NCBI GenBank assembly: GCA_949285775.1
Contig: CASEAD010000090.1
Span: 1-24,987, forward strand
Source of the DNA: an uncultured bacterium
GTDB lineage: Bacteria; Bacillota_I; Bacilli_A; RF39; UBA660
Length of the DNA: 24,987 nucleotides
Direction of reading: 5' to 3'
The translations under genes were made by a program, and so were the position numbers. Every line of letters starts with the position of its first letter. Position 1 is the stretch's first letter. Shown piece after piece: positions 24,469-24,987 of the stretch. The notes beneath the pieces were generated by a model that was not told where the DNA came from, did not search any database, and was given only the letters and a program-made list of their open reading frames with translations.

Positions 24469-24987
24469 TCAGTCAGTAAGTATGATATAAGGATTATCTA
24501 CACTCCCATCACCTGATGCCACTACTACATTATTCTTAAGGGATATCGCAGGACGTACGGCGAGGTCGTCGGTTACGGTAGCATGATACATGAAGCTCGC
24601 TACGTGATTGCCAATCATTCTGGCTGTATACTCAAAGTATCCAGGTGTTCCTGTCCACCAAATGCCTCCATTATTGAGATAATAGGTTTCATTTCTTTTA
24701 TCGCCTCTTCCTCCCGCGAAGGCTATTTCGTCTGCAGTAATTAATCCTACGGGATAATCTAAATCTCCGTTTCCATTACTGTCATTTACTGTAAATCTAT
24801 CTATTTCTCTTGGACAACTTAAACTAGGACTATTTGCTCTCGCTTCCCTTCCAAAGTATAAATTACTTCTAGTACTTCCACCATTGGGATTCCATCCGCC
24901 TAATTGATATATACTTCTGTCATTACACCATATAGTATCTTCTATATAACTAGAGTATCCCTTTTGTTCTATATTTGTATAATACCA
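24469..24987 (-). CDS. 5'-truncated (window edge) DUF6273/CLec-like surface-protein C-terminus
   Basis: Open frame from the window end, 172 aa: ...DTIWCNDR...YPVGLITADEIAFAGG...YYL..GGIWWTGTP...AVRPAISLKNNVVVASGDGSVDNPYII*. Absent from the ORF track because it has no start codon in the window. Confidence 0.85.
   Translation of the reverse strand, partial: WYYTNIEQKGYSSYIEDTIWCNDRSIYQLGGWNPNGGSTRSNLYFGREARANSPSLSCPREIDRFTVNDSNGNGDLDYPVGLITADEIAFAGGRGDKRNETYYLNNGGIWWTGTPGYFEYTARMIGNHVASFMYHATVTDDLAVRPAISLKNNVVVASGDGSVDNPYIILTD

Noticed and set aside
1-24987. Mollicute genetic code 4 (TGA=Trp), suggested by the low GC content
   Set aside because: TGA terminates spoIIGA exactly at the sigE ATGA overlap, long conserved ORFs are intact under code 11, and the Trp codons inspected are TGG.

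Overview
This is a low-GC Bacillota (Bacilli-like) chromosomal segment read with genetic code 11, since TGA acts as a stop. By inference it resembles reduced-genome uncultured gut Bacilli. The + strand is extremely C-rich and G-poor whichever strand is coding, and 21 of the 26 main CDSs lie on the - strand, so - is probably the leading strand. Housekeeping genes are rpsT, an RNase J2-like gene, rnhB, lon, lexA, a pncC/cinA-C gene, nrtR and yfhO. Sporulation genes are gpr, spoIIGA-sigE and a BclA-like collagen protein; sigG and spoIIP are missing from their canonical positions. Features missing from the supplied ORF track: (1) an IS200/IS605 TnpB relic whose C-terminus is recognisable and whose omegaRNA/right-end scaffold looks structurally intact (about 13520-13745); (2) a partial DUF6273/CLec-like gene at the window end with a GC-rich, NNC-codon-rich tail that resembles a DGR variable region; (3) a 20-aa ORF and a TTACA-N4-TGTAA box in place of the ATPase upstream of an orphan BceB-type permease; (4) a LexA-type box shared between lexA and a divergent pair of SipW-signal (TasA/CalY-like) genes; (5) an Xre-HTH/small-ORF divergent cassette at the usual sigG position. 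No CRISPR array, rRNA or tRNA was found.
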